NCBI GenBank assembly: GCA_035466435.1
Contig: DATIUW010000166.1
Location: 15,823-79,822 of the forward strand
Length of the DNA stretch: 64,000 bases
Direction of reading: 5' to 3'
Source: Polyangiales bacterium
Lineage (GTDB): Bacteria; Myxococcota_A; Polyangia; Polyangiales; Houyiibacteriaceae
In this document: piece by piece, positions 45,682 through 54,068 of the stretch
Layout of the letters: each line of letters begins with the position of its first letter
Numbering within the stretch: the first letter of the stretch is position 1
Made by a program: the position numbers and the translations under genes
Notes under the pieces: generated by a model
Told to the model about the DNA's origin: nothing
Databases searched by the model: none
The model's input: the letters and a program-made list of their open reading frames with translations, nothing else

Positions 45682-47136
45682 ATGCCATCCGACTCCGACA
45701 CCACCCCGATCCGCAAGCCGCTTTGCGTAGATCTGGATGGCACGCTCGTGGCGACCGATACGATCGCGGAGAGCCTGTTGTATGTGATGAAGACGGCGCC
45801 CTGGAGGCTCTTTGGGCTCGCCGCCGCCATGGCCTCTGGCGGCCGTCCGAAGCTCAAGCGAGAGCTTTCGAAGGTGGCGCCGGTCGAGCCGGCGACCTTG
45901 CCCTTCCGCGAGGAAGTGCTTCGCGAGATGCAGGAGGCGCGCGACGAAGGCCGCAAGGTGCTTCTCGTGACAGCCTCGGACCAGACCACGGCGGACGCAG
46001 TCGCCGGGTACGTGGGGCTCTTCGACGAGGCGATCGGTAGCGATGGCGTGCACAACCTGAAGGCCGCGAGCAAGGCCGAGTTTCTCGTCTCGCGCTTCGG
46101 ATCCGAAGGCTTTCAATACATCGGAGACGCCTTGGCCGACCTTCCCGTCTGGAAGGCGGCAAACGAGGCAATCATGGTCGCGCCGAGCGCAGCAACTCGC
46201 AAGAGTGCGGAGCACTTGGTTCCCAACGTGACCATTTTGGCCGAGCGCCCAAGCAAAGTGCGAGCGGCACTCAAAGAGCTGCGGCCCCATCAATGGGCGA
46301 AGAACGTGCTGCTGTTCGTCCCCCTGTACTTCTCGCATCAGTACACCGATTTGAGCTTGGTGTTTGCAGCGGTGATGGCATTCATCGCGTTCAGCTTCTG
46401 TGCATCGTCGATTTACGTTCTGAACGATCTGGTCGACCTTCCATCGGATCGCCAACACCGCAGCAAACGAAAGCGCCCCCTGGCTGCCGGGACGCTTTCG
46501 ATCCCAGAGGGGATCGTGCTCTTTGCGCTCTCCTTGGGCTTGGCCGTGGGGATCGCCGTTGCGTTCGTGAACCCCGAATTCGTCATGGTTCTCTTCGGCT
46601 ACGTCGCGCTCACCACTGCTTACAGCTTCAGCTTGAAGCAGCGGATGATCGTGGACGTTCTCACGTTGGCTTCGCTGTTCACCTATCGCGTCCTCGCTGG
46701 TGGCGTCGCCGTCGACGTGGAGCTTTCGCCTTGGCTGCTGGCATTTTCGATCTTCTTCTTCACGAGCTTGGCCTTCGTGAAACGGTATTCGGAGCTCATC
46801 CAGCTCAAGGGCGATCCCATGGAGTCCCTGCGCGGACGGAACTACGTGCCAGCAGACGTTCCGATCATCACCTCGGCCGGTCCCGCCGCGGGCTTGCTCG
46901 CCGTCCTCGTGTTTGCGCTCTACATCAACAGCCCCGCCACGATGATCTACTACTCGAGCCCCAAGGCGCTCTGGGGCATCTGCCTGGTGCTGGTGTACTG
47001 GCTGATGCGGATTTGGTTTCTCGCCGCACGTGATCAGATGCACGACGATCCGGTGCTCTTCGCCCTGAAGGATCGGGGCAGCCTGGTCGCGGGCTCGCTG
47101 GTCGTCGCCTGCTTGCTTTTGGCTCGCTACGTCTGA
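45682..47136 (+). CDS. Fusion protein: HAD-IB phosphatase-like domain + UbiA-family prenyltransferase (decaprenyl-phosphate phosphoribosyltransferase-like)
   Basis: N-terminal CVDLDGTLV (DxDxT), VLLVTASD and IGDALADLP HAD motifs. C-terminal polytopic domain with YVLNDLVDLPSDRQHRSKRKRPLAAG (NDxxDxxxD...KxxRPxAxG), as in DPPRS-type UbiA enzymes. Confidence 0.75.
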   Translation: MPSDSDTTPIRKPLCVDLDGTLVATDTIAESLLYVMKTAPWRLFGLAAAMASGGRPKLKRELSKVAPVEPATLPFREEVLREMQEARDEGRKVLLVTASDQTTADAVAGYVGLFDEAIGSDGVHNLKAASKAEFLVSRFGSEGFQYIGDALADLPVWKAANEAIMVAPSAATRKSAEHLVPNVTILAERPSKVRAALKELRPHQWAKNVLLFVPLYFSHQYTDLSLVFAAVMAFIAFSFCASSIYVLNDLVDLPSDRQHRSKRKRPLAAGTLSIPEGIVLFALSLGLAVGIAVAFVNPEFVMVLFGYVALTTAYSFSLKQRMIVDVLTLASLFTYRVLAGGVAVDVELSPWLLAFSIFFFTSLAFVKRYSELIQLKGDPMESLRGRNYVPADVPIITSAGPAAGLLAVLVFALYINSPATMIYYSSPKALWGICLVLVYWLMRIWFLAARDQMHDDPVLFALKDRGSLVAGSLVVACLLLARYV

Positions 47137-47137
47137 C

Positions 47138-47686
47138 TCAGAAGAGGTCGAGCTGGCCGGGTTGAACGACGCCTTCGTGAATGCGCACGCCTTCGAGCTC
47201 GAGCAGTAGCTGCTTGCGTTCGATCCCCCCGCCGTAACCTCCCAGGTGATGGCCGGCTTCGACCACCCGGTGGCACGGAACGATGATCGGAACGGGATTC
47301 ACGTGGTTCGCTTGCCCGACTGCTCGCATGGCGCGCGGCGAGGAGATGCGCTGCGCAATCCCGCCGTACGTCCGCACCTGGCCCCACGGAATCTCGCGCA
47401 GCGCGGCCCAGACCCGCAGCTGGAAGTCGGTGCCACGAAGGTCGAGAGGAACGTCGGCAAAATCTTCCCTGCCGCCCTCGAAGTAGCGTTCGAGAGGCTC
47501 GACGAAGTCCTCTGGAACTGCCGCTTCGGCGGCGCCGACGTCGTTCAAGCGCTCGAAGGAAAGGCGCAACAATCCGTTTTCGGTCCAGGCGAGCCACAAG
47601 GTGCCGAGGTCGCTCGCTTCGAAGGTGCCCCAACCTAGGACCGTGGCTTGGTTGCGCTCTTCGGCGATGGTACCTTCCGCCGTCAT
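47138..47686 (-). CDS. ogt: Methylated-DNA--protein-cysteine methyltransferase
   Basis: Active-site IIVPCHRVV motif and RVWAALREIPWGQVRTYGGIA helix-turn-wing region. ATG 47686 is preceded by GGGAAGGGA. Confidence 0.9.
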   Translation of the reverse strand: MTAEGTIAEERNQATVLGWGTFEASDLGTLWLAWTENGLLRLSFERLNDVGAAEAAVPEDFVEPLERYFEGGREDFADVPLDLRGTDFQLRVWAALREIPWGQVRTYGGIAQRISSPRAMRAVGQANHVNPVPIIVPCHRVVEAGHHLGGYGGGIERKQLLLELEGVRIHEGVVQPGQLDLF

Positions 47687-48143
47687 GGCTCGTTCCCTTC
47701 CCGCATGCCTGCTGCTCATTTCAATTGCATGCGGACCGAGCCTTAAACAAGCGCAAAGAAGCGAGGAGCACTATCAACGGTGCTTCAGCGGGGACTACGA
47801 CCCGGCGGTGACACCCGCGCAGCGAAGCGCCTGTTGGAGCCGATGGCTGGCTCAGGACGCCGATGATCAGCCGCCCGAGCGCGTCGTTTACGCCCAAAAG
47901 CGCCTAGAGCAGCTCGCACTCGACGGATCGACGCTTCCCCTGCCAGATCCGGTCCCCGAGCCCGTGCCGACGCGCGAGCACGAATACCCACGGCCGCCGC
48001 CGGCCGTGTACCACACGTCATCATGCGATCCGTTGTGCAACGGCCGTTGGAGGGCCTGCACCAATCGCTGCGAAATCAAAGACAAGAGCTGCGCTGCAGC
48101 CTGCGAAAGTGAGTATCGCGTGTGCCTGGGGGGGTGCCCCTGA
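47685..48143 (+). CDS. Cys-rich lipoprotein, unknown function
   Basis: MARSLPACLLLISIAC lipobox and a C-terminal tail with 8 Cys (SSCDPLCNGRWRACTNRCEIKDKSCAAACESEYRVCLGGC). The start is uncertain because no SD is visible. Confidence 0.5.
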   Translation: MARSLPACLLLISIACGPSLKQAQRSEEHYQRCFSGDYDPAVTPAQRSACWSRWLAQDADDQPPERVVYAQKRLEQLALDGSTLPLPDPVPEPVPTREHEYPRPPPAVYHTSSCDPLCNGRWRACTNRCEIKDKSCAAACESEYRVCLGGCP

Positions 48144-49027
48144 GTCGGCTCGGCATCGCCGCGCTGACGGCGGTCACGCTCGTCGCTTTCGCGGCGAATT
48201 CCTTGCTTTGCCGGATGGCCTTGGCTCCGGCGCTCATCGACCCGGTGGCGTTCACCGTCATTCGTCTAGCGAGCGGCGTCGCCATTCTGGTTCCGTTGTC
48301 CGTCCTGCTCGCCAAGCCGGATCCCGACGAGCCTCCTGCAGGATCCTGGAGATCGAGTGTGGCGCTGTTCGTATACGCCATGGCGTTCTCGTTGGCGTAC
48401 GTCTCGCTCGAGACGGGGACCGGCGCGCTCATCTTGTTTGGCGCCGTGCAGCTCACGATGATCGGGGTGGGCTTGTGGAAAGGCGAACGGCCGAAGCTTC
48501 AGGAGTGGCTCGGCCTGGTCGTCGCGATGGCTGGGCTGGTTTATCTCGTGTTTCCCGGGATTGCGGCCCCGGACCCACTTGGCGCGTCGCTGATGATCGC
48601 TTCGGGCGTGGCGTGGGGCGTCTATTCGCTCCGAGGAAAGCAGAGCCGGGCGCCGGTCGCGGCCACGGCGGGAAATTTCGTGCGCACCCTGCCCTTTGCC
48701 CTCGGTGGGCTCCTGATCTCGTGGCCCACCTTGCGGACGACGCCGCGAGGCGTGCTCTTGGCGGTCATTTCGGGAGCGATCACGTCGGGACTGGGGTACG
48801 TGATCTGGTATTTCGCCCTCCGCGGCCTCACCGCGACCCGCGCAGCCATCGTTCAGCTAGCCGTGCCGCTCATCGCGGCTGCTGGTGGCATCGTGGCGCT
48901 GTCCGAGGAGCCCACGGCGCGCCTCGCCGTGGCTTCCCTTCTGATTCTCGGCGGCGTGGCCGCCGCGATTCTGGCGAGGGATCGCCCGGGCGACCTCCGC
49001 ACTTGCGAGGAACCGACCTCGCGGTGA
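48122..49027 (+). CDS. EamA/DMT-superfamily transporter
   Basis: About 10 predicted TM helices in two similar halves and a typical EamA N-terminus (LTAVTLVAFAANSLLCRMAL). The start is GTG 48122 or GTG 48134. Confidence 0.75.
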   Translation: MPGGVPLSRLGIAALTAVTLVAFAANSLLCRMALAPALIDPVAFTVIRLASGVAILVPLSVLLAKPDPDEPPAGSWRSSVALFVYAMAFSLAYVSLETGTGALILFGAVQLTMIGVGLWKGERPKLQEWLGLVVAMAGLVYLVFPGIAAPDPLGASLMIASGVAWGVYSLRGKQSRAPVAATAGNFVRTLPFALGGLLISWPTLRTTPRGVLLAVISGAITSGLGYVIWYFALRGLTATRAAIVQLAVPLIAAAGGIVALSEEPTARLAVASLLILGGVAAAILARDRPGDLRTCEEPTSR

Positions 49028-49050
49028 CTATGGCGCAGGAGCTGTGAATC

Positions 49051-49491
49051 ATGAGCGCGAGCAACGAGTCAACCTGGCCGCGGGGTGCACCCACCGTGGG
49101 GCAACGAGCGGAGCGGACCCGCAAGGTGTCGAAGCGCGACATCGAGCTGTTCACCGAAATCTCCGGTGACCGCAACCCATTGCACTACGACGAGGCTGCG
49201 GCGAAGCAGTCGCGGTTCGGTGAAATCGTCGTCCAAGGAGGCATCACCAGCGCGATTCTGAACGCGGTCGTGGCGGAAGATCTCCCGGGGCCGGGCACCG
49301 TATTTCTTCACGTGAGTTGGAGCTTCAAGGCACCGGTTCGTCCGGGCGACGAGATCACGGGCAAAGTCGAGGTGCTGGAGGTCAGATTGGACAAACCGAT
49401 TACCAAGCTGAAAACGGAAGTCGTCCGAGGAGACGGCACGGTCGTGCTCGAAGGAGACGCCCTGTGCTACACGATGCCGATCGGCGGGTGA
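49051..49491 (+). CDS. MaoC-like (R)-specific enoyl-CoA hydratase / hot-dog fold dehydratase
   Basis: FTEISGDRNPLHYDEAAA...IVVQGGITSAILN matches the MaoC dehydratase active-site region; 146 aa. Confidence 0.8.
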   Translation: MSASNESTWPRGAPTVGQRAERTRKVSKRDIELFTEISGDRNPLHYDEAAAKQSRFGEIVVQGGITSAILNAVVAEDLPGPGTVFLHVSWSFKAPVRPGDEITGKVEVLEVRLDKPITKLKTEVVRGDGTVVLEGDALCYTMPIGG

Positions 49492-49539
49492 ACCAAGCCG
49501 GCACGAGCATCACTGCGACCGCACGTTCCTTGCGCTAAC

Positions 49540-51681
49540 GTGACCCTCATGCGTGACGCCTCGTTTCAGGAGCCGGGAATGCTCGACGAGCGCATCGCTC
49601 GCTTCGTTCCTCCCGGCGTCGATCCAGCCACTCTCCCCCGCTCCTTCGCGTTGATCGAGCCGCTCGTTGCACGGGCCCCCATTCCACCCGAGTGGCAGGT
49701 CGTCCCCGTTTTCCGGGGCGGTCCGGATGTCTGCACGGCCACGATCTCCGTCGATGAGGGCACGAGCTTCTATGGCACCGGCGAGGTGGCTGGACCGCTC
49801 TTGCGCAACGGGTTCGTCACCGAGGTCTGGGCAAAGCAGCCTTTCCGGATCGAAGCGGACGGCACACCGGTACAGAACTACGACGCGCGTTCGAAGAGCT
49901 TGTATCAGGCGCATCCTTGGGTCTTGGGGGTCCGTTCGGATGGGACTGCTTTCGGTGTGCTCGCCGATACGACATACCGGATCCAAATCGATTTGAGCGA
50001 TGGAATACGGCTGCGCTGCCCCAAGCCCTTTCCCATCATCGTGATCGAAGGCGAGTCTCCGCAGGACGTCGCAACGAAGCTCGGCGCCCTCACCGGCCGG
50101 ATCGAGCTCCCTCCGCGCTGGACCCTCGGCTATCATCAGTGCCGGTTCTCGTACCATCCGGATGCTCGTGTTCGCGAGTTGGCGCGCGAGTTTCGCGCCC
50201 GACGGATTCCGTGTGACGTCATCTGGATCGACATCCACTACATGGATGAGTACAAGGTCTTCACCTTCGATCCGGAGGGCTTCCCCGACCCCAAGGGCAC
50301 CAACGACTACCTGCACGAGCTGGGCTTCAAGTCGGTTTGGATTCTCGATCCCGCGGTGAAGGCCGAACCGGGATACACGGTCTACGATGAGGGCGTCGCC
50401 GGAGGACACTTCGTGTGCGACGCCGAAGGCAACGAATACCATGCCTGGACGTGGACGGGGGACGCCGCCTTTCCCGACTACACGCGGCCCGAGACTCGAG
50501 CTTGGTGGAAGCGCCTCACCGCCGAGATCTTGGAAACGGGTATGGACGGCCTATGGGTCGACCTCAACGAGCCCTCCCCGATCCTGCCCCTCGGCGCCGA
50601 GCTGCCCGAGGACCTTCGCCATCTCGGCGGAGACGACATCGAGCCGGGCACCCACGCCCGATACCACAACGTCTACGGGATGTTGATGGCCAAAGCTACG
50701 AACGAAGCCATGCGGACGGCACGCCCTCGACGGCGTCCGTTCGTCCTCACCCGGTCGAGCTACTTGGGCGGGCAGCGCTGGGCGGCGACGTGGACGGGCG
50801 ACAACGTCTCGAGCTGGCAGCACCTGCACTGGTCGGTCCCGATGGTGCTGAGCCTGGGCTTGTCGGCCCAGCCCGTGAGCGGTCCCGACATCGGCGGCTT
50901 CACGGGCACCCCCTCTCCGGAGCTCTTTGCGCACTGGATTGGCGTCGGCGCGTTGCTTCCATTCTGTCGAACGCACAACTCCTTGACGGGTGATCAGGAG
51001 CCTTGGTCTTTCGGGCCGGAGGTCGAGGAGGCCTCCAAGATCGCGCTGGCCAGGCGCTATCGCCTGCTCCCGTACCTCTACACGCTCTTTCACGAAGCCG
51101 CCGTCATGGGGCTTCCCATTGCACGCCCCCTCTTCTACGCGGACCCCAAAGACCCTTCCCTGCGCGGAGAGGACCATGCATTCCTGCTCGGGTCCGACGT
51201 GATGGTGCAGCCTCGACTGCTCGAGCGCGGCACACACGACTTTCCCATGCCGAGCGGGCACTGGCGATCCTTTTCCCTGGTTGGGGAGGATTCCGAACGC
51301 GAGAGCGCACAGCCCGTGCTGCGTCTGCGACCGGGTGCGATCGTGCCCCTCGGGCCTGGCGGCCAAAGCGCGGAGGAGGCTTTCGCGGGTCCGTGGACCT
51401 TGCTGATTTCTCTCGACGAGTCCGGACGCGCGTCGGGGCAGCTCTACGAAGACGCAGGGGACGGCCTCGAATACCGGGATGGTGATTACCTACTCACCAC
51501 CTACGAGGCCGAGTTGCACCAGGACGTCCTCGAGGTGCGCATTGCAGACCAAGAAGGGGCGCGAATGCGTCCGTCGAGGACCCTCGACGTGGAGGTTCTG
51601 ACCGATCACGGCGTGCTCCGTGGGCGGGGCCGCGACGGCGAAACCGTGGTCCTGCCCGTCGAGCCGACCGCTCAGTGTTGA
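49540..51681 (+). CDS. Glycoside hydrolase family 31 (alpha-glucosidase-like)
   Basis: GH31 blocks: CDVIWIDIHYMDEYKVFTFD (nucleophile region), DGLWVDLNEP, RWAATWTGDN and FCRTHN. The 3' end overlaps the sucrose synthase 3' end by 10 nt. Confidence 0.85.
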   Translation: MTLMRDASFQEPGMLDERIARFVPPGVDPATLPRSFALIEPLVARAPIPPEWQVVPVFRGGPDVCTATISVDEGTSFYGTGEVAGPLLRNGFVTEVWAKQPFRIEADGTPVQNYDARSKSLYQAHPWVLGVRSDGTAFGVLADTTYRIQIDLSDGIRLRCPKPFPIIVIEGESPQDVATKLGALTGRIELPPRWTLGYHQCRFSYHPDARVRELAREFRARRIPCDVIWIDIHYMDEYKVFTFDPEGFPDPKGTNDYLHELGFKSVWILDPAVKAEPGYTVYDEGVAGGHFVCDAEGNEYHAWTWTGDAAFPDYTRPETRAWWKRLTAEILETGMDGLWVDLNEPSPILPLGAELPEDLRHLGGDDIEPGTHARYHNVYGMLMAKATNEAMRTARPRRRPFVLTRSSYLGGQRWAATWTGDNVSSWQHLHWSVPMVLSLGLSAQPVSGPDIGGFTGTPSPELFAHWIGVGALLPFCRTHNSLTGDQEPWSFGPEVEEASKIALARRYRLLPYLYTLFHEAAVMGLPIARPLFYADPKDPSLRGEDHAFLLGSDVMVQPRLLERGTHDFPMPSGHWRSFSLVGEDSERESAQPVLRLRPGAIVPLGPGGQSAEEAFAGPWTLLISLDESGRASGQLYEDAGDGLEYRDGDYLLTTYEAELHQDVLEVRIADQEGARMRPSRTLDVEVLTDHGVLRGRGRDGETVVLPVEPTAQC

Positions 51682-54068
51682 TGGGCTTCGAGCACGCGTT
51701 TTGCGAGAGGCCGGAACAAAAGACCGTAGAACATCTCGAGGTACCGGCGCGTTTCGTCGCGCTCGAGTGACGAGATGTATCTCCAAAACCCGTAAATTCT
51801 CGATAGCTTCAATAGGGTCGACGCGTACAGCGGCCAGTTGTACCGCTCTTCGACGCGCTGTATCGCAGCCCTCGAAACCGACTCCCAGGTGTCTGGAACG
51901 GTTTCGGAACGACGAAAGAAGTCGACCATCTTTTGGGTGGCCTCTCCGCCCTGGGTCGGGTCGATGTGAAAGCCAGAAATGCCGTCTTGAATGATTTCGA
52001 GCGGGCCGCCGTAACGAGTCGCGAAGGTCGGTAGGCCGGTGCTCATCGCCTCGATGACGGTGAGGCCGAAGGCTTCGAACAAAGCAGGCTGCACGAACGC
52101 GCCGCGCTGATCGGCGACGAAGCGATAGAGCTCCCCGACCTTGGTCTTGTCGGTTTGCATCTCGACCCAGCGCACCTTGCTCTCGAGATCGTATTCGCTC
52201 AACAACCAGTGAGTGCGCTCGATCTGCTCGCGCTCGTCGCGGTCGTTCGACTCCTCTACCCGGAGCCGGCCTCCCACGACGAGCAGGTTGGCCACCCTCT
52301 GGAGCTCTTCGTTCTGGCCGTACCACTCGACCAGCCCGGCCATGTTCTTGATACGGTCCAAGCGCGACATGGCAAACAGCAGCGGCTTGTTCTGATCGTC
52401 GAGAAAGCCTCGGAATGCGCATTCGGGAGAGCCGAACACCATCGTTTCGATCTCCTTGCGTAGCTCCTCGGGACGATGGCTCACGTCACCGTACGGAAAG
52501 AAGACCCTCGGATCGGCGCCCGGCGAAACGATGTTGAATTTCGGATCGAAACAATCGATGCCGGAGACCACCCGATACAGCCGAGGCATCGAGAAAGCGC
52601 TGTAGCTCTCATACTGGCCGACACTCTCCGTCGTGCCTGCAATCTCTTGATAGGTGCTGGTGATGATGAAGTCGGCCGTGTTCATCGCCATCAAATCAGC
52701 GGTGTACTGTGCGGCGAAGTGGTGCTCGGCCTCGTGGTCGCGCCAATGAAGGTCCGAAAGCAGATACTTGGTCTTCTCGAGCGCATGCGCGATGTTGCAC
52801 TGGGTGATGCCGAGCCTGTGCGCCAAGACGCTCGCAACCAGGTTTCCATCCGAGTAATTGCCGATGATGAAATCCGGCCGAACACCGCCGAGCTCGGCCA
52901 GAAGCTCACGCTCCGCATCGATCGCGTAACGCTCCAGGTAGGGCCATATCTCGAAGCGGGAGATCCACTGAGGGATGATCTCCCCCCCTTCGTACGTCCG
53001 AAAAGGAACGCGTAGGATTCTGGCGTTTTCCGTGCCCAGAATCGGTTCCACCCGCTGGTCGCAGGTCGTTCCGTGCGCTTCCGGGATGAGGCGTGTGAGA
53101 ACGACGATCTGAGGCTCGATGTCGAGGCCTTGATCGCGGATGGATTCCCGCATTTCGCGCTCGAGCGCGCGGACTTGGTCGAGTATGTAAACCACCTGGC
53201 CGCCGGTATCCGGCTTTCCGAGGACGTTCGACTGCCCGAAGTATCCGTGCGGCGAGACGATTGCGATGGAGAAGATCATCGGCATCCGAGCGAGGAACTG
53301 CTCGAGGTTCTTGGGAGAAGGCGCTTCTAGAATGTCCAACAGAAGCAACATGGTCTCCCGGATCTGCTCCGGCGTCCTGCCCCACCCCGGCTCGAACCCG
53401 AGGCGCCGCAGCTCCCGGTGAACGTCGCCGTTTTTCGAACGTCCCTCCAGAATCTCCATCGCCTCGACGAGCGCTTCGCGCAGATCGTCGACGTCACGCA
53501 GCGTCCCGTTCAGCATCAGTTGCTGACCGCGCACCTGATGCACCTGCAAGAAATCGAAGAGAAGCTTCTGACCGCGTCCGCCATCGACGAACAATCGACC
53601 CGACAGGTGGCGGTTCAAGAACTCCACGCCCCTTCCGATGTTGCGGGCATCCTTCAGCTTCGGAAAGCCTCGCTCGAAGGGACTGAGGTCGACTTCGAGC
53701 ACGTAGCGCTCCCCGGGAGGCATGCCTGCAGCAAGGCGCTCTTTGATGTCGAGGAACTCGGCAATGCTGAGCTCGCGGCAGCGCATCTCCTCGGTGTGGA
53801 TCTGGATGTAGTGCCAACGACCGACCCGTTCCCGCACCGCCAGACAGATGAAGGGCTCGTCGACGACGGCCTCTTGGGAACGCCGCATGATCCAGGTCAT
53901 TTTGGTATCGACCAACGGCGCGCCCACCTCGGTTTCACCAAAAACCTCGAACTCGTGCACCAAGTCGGACCACAGCAAAAAGCGCCGATCGAGCGCCTTC
54001 AATCGTCTGAACAACAGGTAGATGGGCTCGCGGTGAGCGTCGATGAGCTCTTGCAGGATTTCGATCAT
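51672..54068 (-). CDS. Sucrose synthase
   Basis: 798 aa. ILRVPFRTYEGGEIIPQWISRFEIWPYLERYA...PDFIIGNYSDGNLVASVLAHRLGITQCNIAHALEKTKY is almost colinear with the plant/cyanobacterial sucrose synthase core as I recall it, and is followed by a GT-B C-domain (PALFEAFGLTVIEAMSTGLPTFAT). ATG 54068 overlaps the upstream stop (ATGA). Confidence 0.9.
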   Translation of the reverse strand: MIEILQELIDAHREPIYLLFRRLKALDRRFLLWSDLVHEFEVFGETEVGAPLVDTKMTWIMRRSQEAVVDEPFICLAVRERVGRWHYIQIHTEEMRCRELSIAEFLDIKERLAAGMPPGERYVLEVDLSPFERGFPKLKDARNIGRGVEFLNRHLSGRLFVDGGRGQKLLFDFLQVHQVRGQQLMLNGTLRDVDDLREALVEAMEILEGRSKNGDVHRELRRLGFEPGWGRTPEQIRETMLLLLDILEAPSPKNLEQFLARMPMIFSIAIVSPHGYFGQSNVLGKPDTGGQVVYILDQVRALEREMRESIRDQGLDIEPQIVVLTRLIPEAHGTTCDQRVEPILGTENARILRVPFRTYEGGEIIPQWISRFEIWPYLERYAIDAERELLAELGGVRPDFIIGNYSDGNLVASVLAHRLGITQCNIAHALEKTKYLLSDLHWRDHEAEHHFAAQYTADLMAMNTADFIITSTYQEIAGTTESVGQYESYSAFSMPRLYRVVSGIDCFDPKFNIVSPGADPRVFFPYGDVSHRPEELRKEIETMVFGSPECAFRGFLDDQNKPLLFAMSRLDRIKNMAGLVEWYGQNEELQRVANLLVVGGRLRVEESNDRDEREQIERTHWLLSEYDLESKVRWVEMQTDKTKVGELYRFVADQRGAFVQPALFEAFGLTVIEAMSTGLPTFATRYGGPLEIIQDGISGFHIDPTQGGEATQKMVDFFRRSETVPDTWESVSRAAIQRVEERYNWPLYASTLLKLSRIYGFWRYISSLERDETRRYLEMFYGLLFRPLAKRVLEAHQH

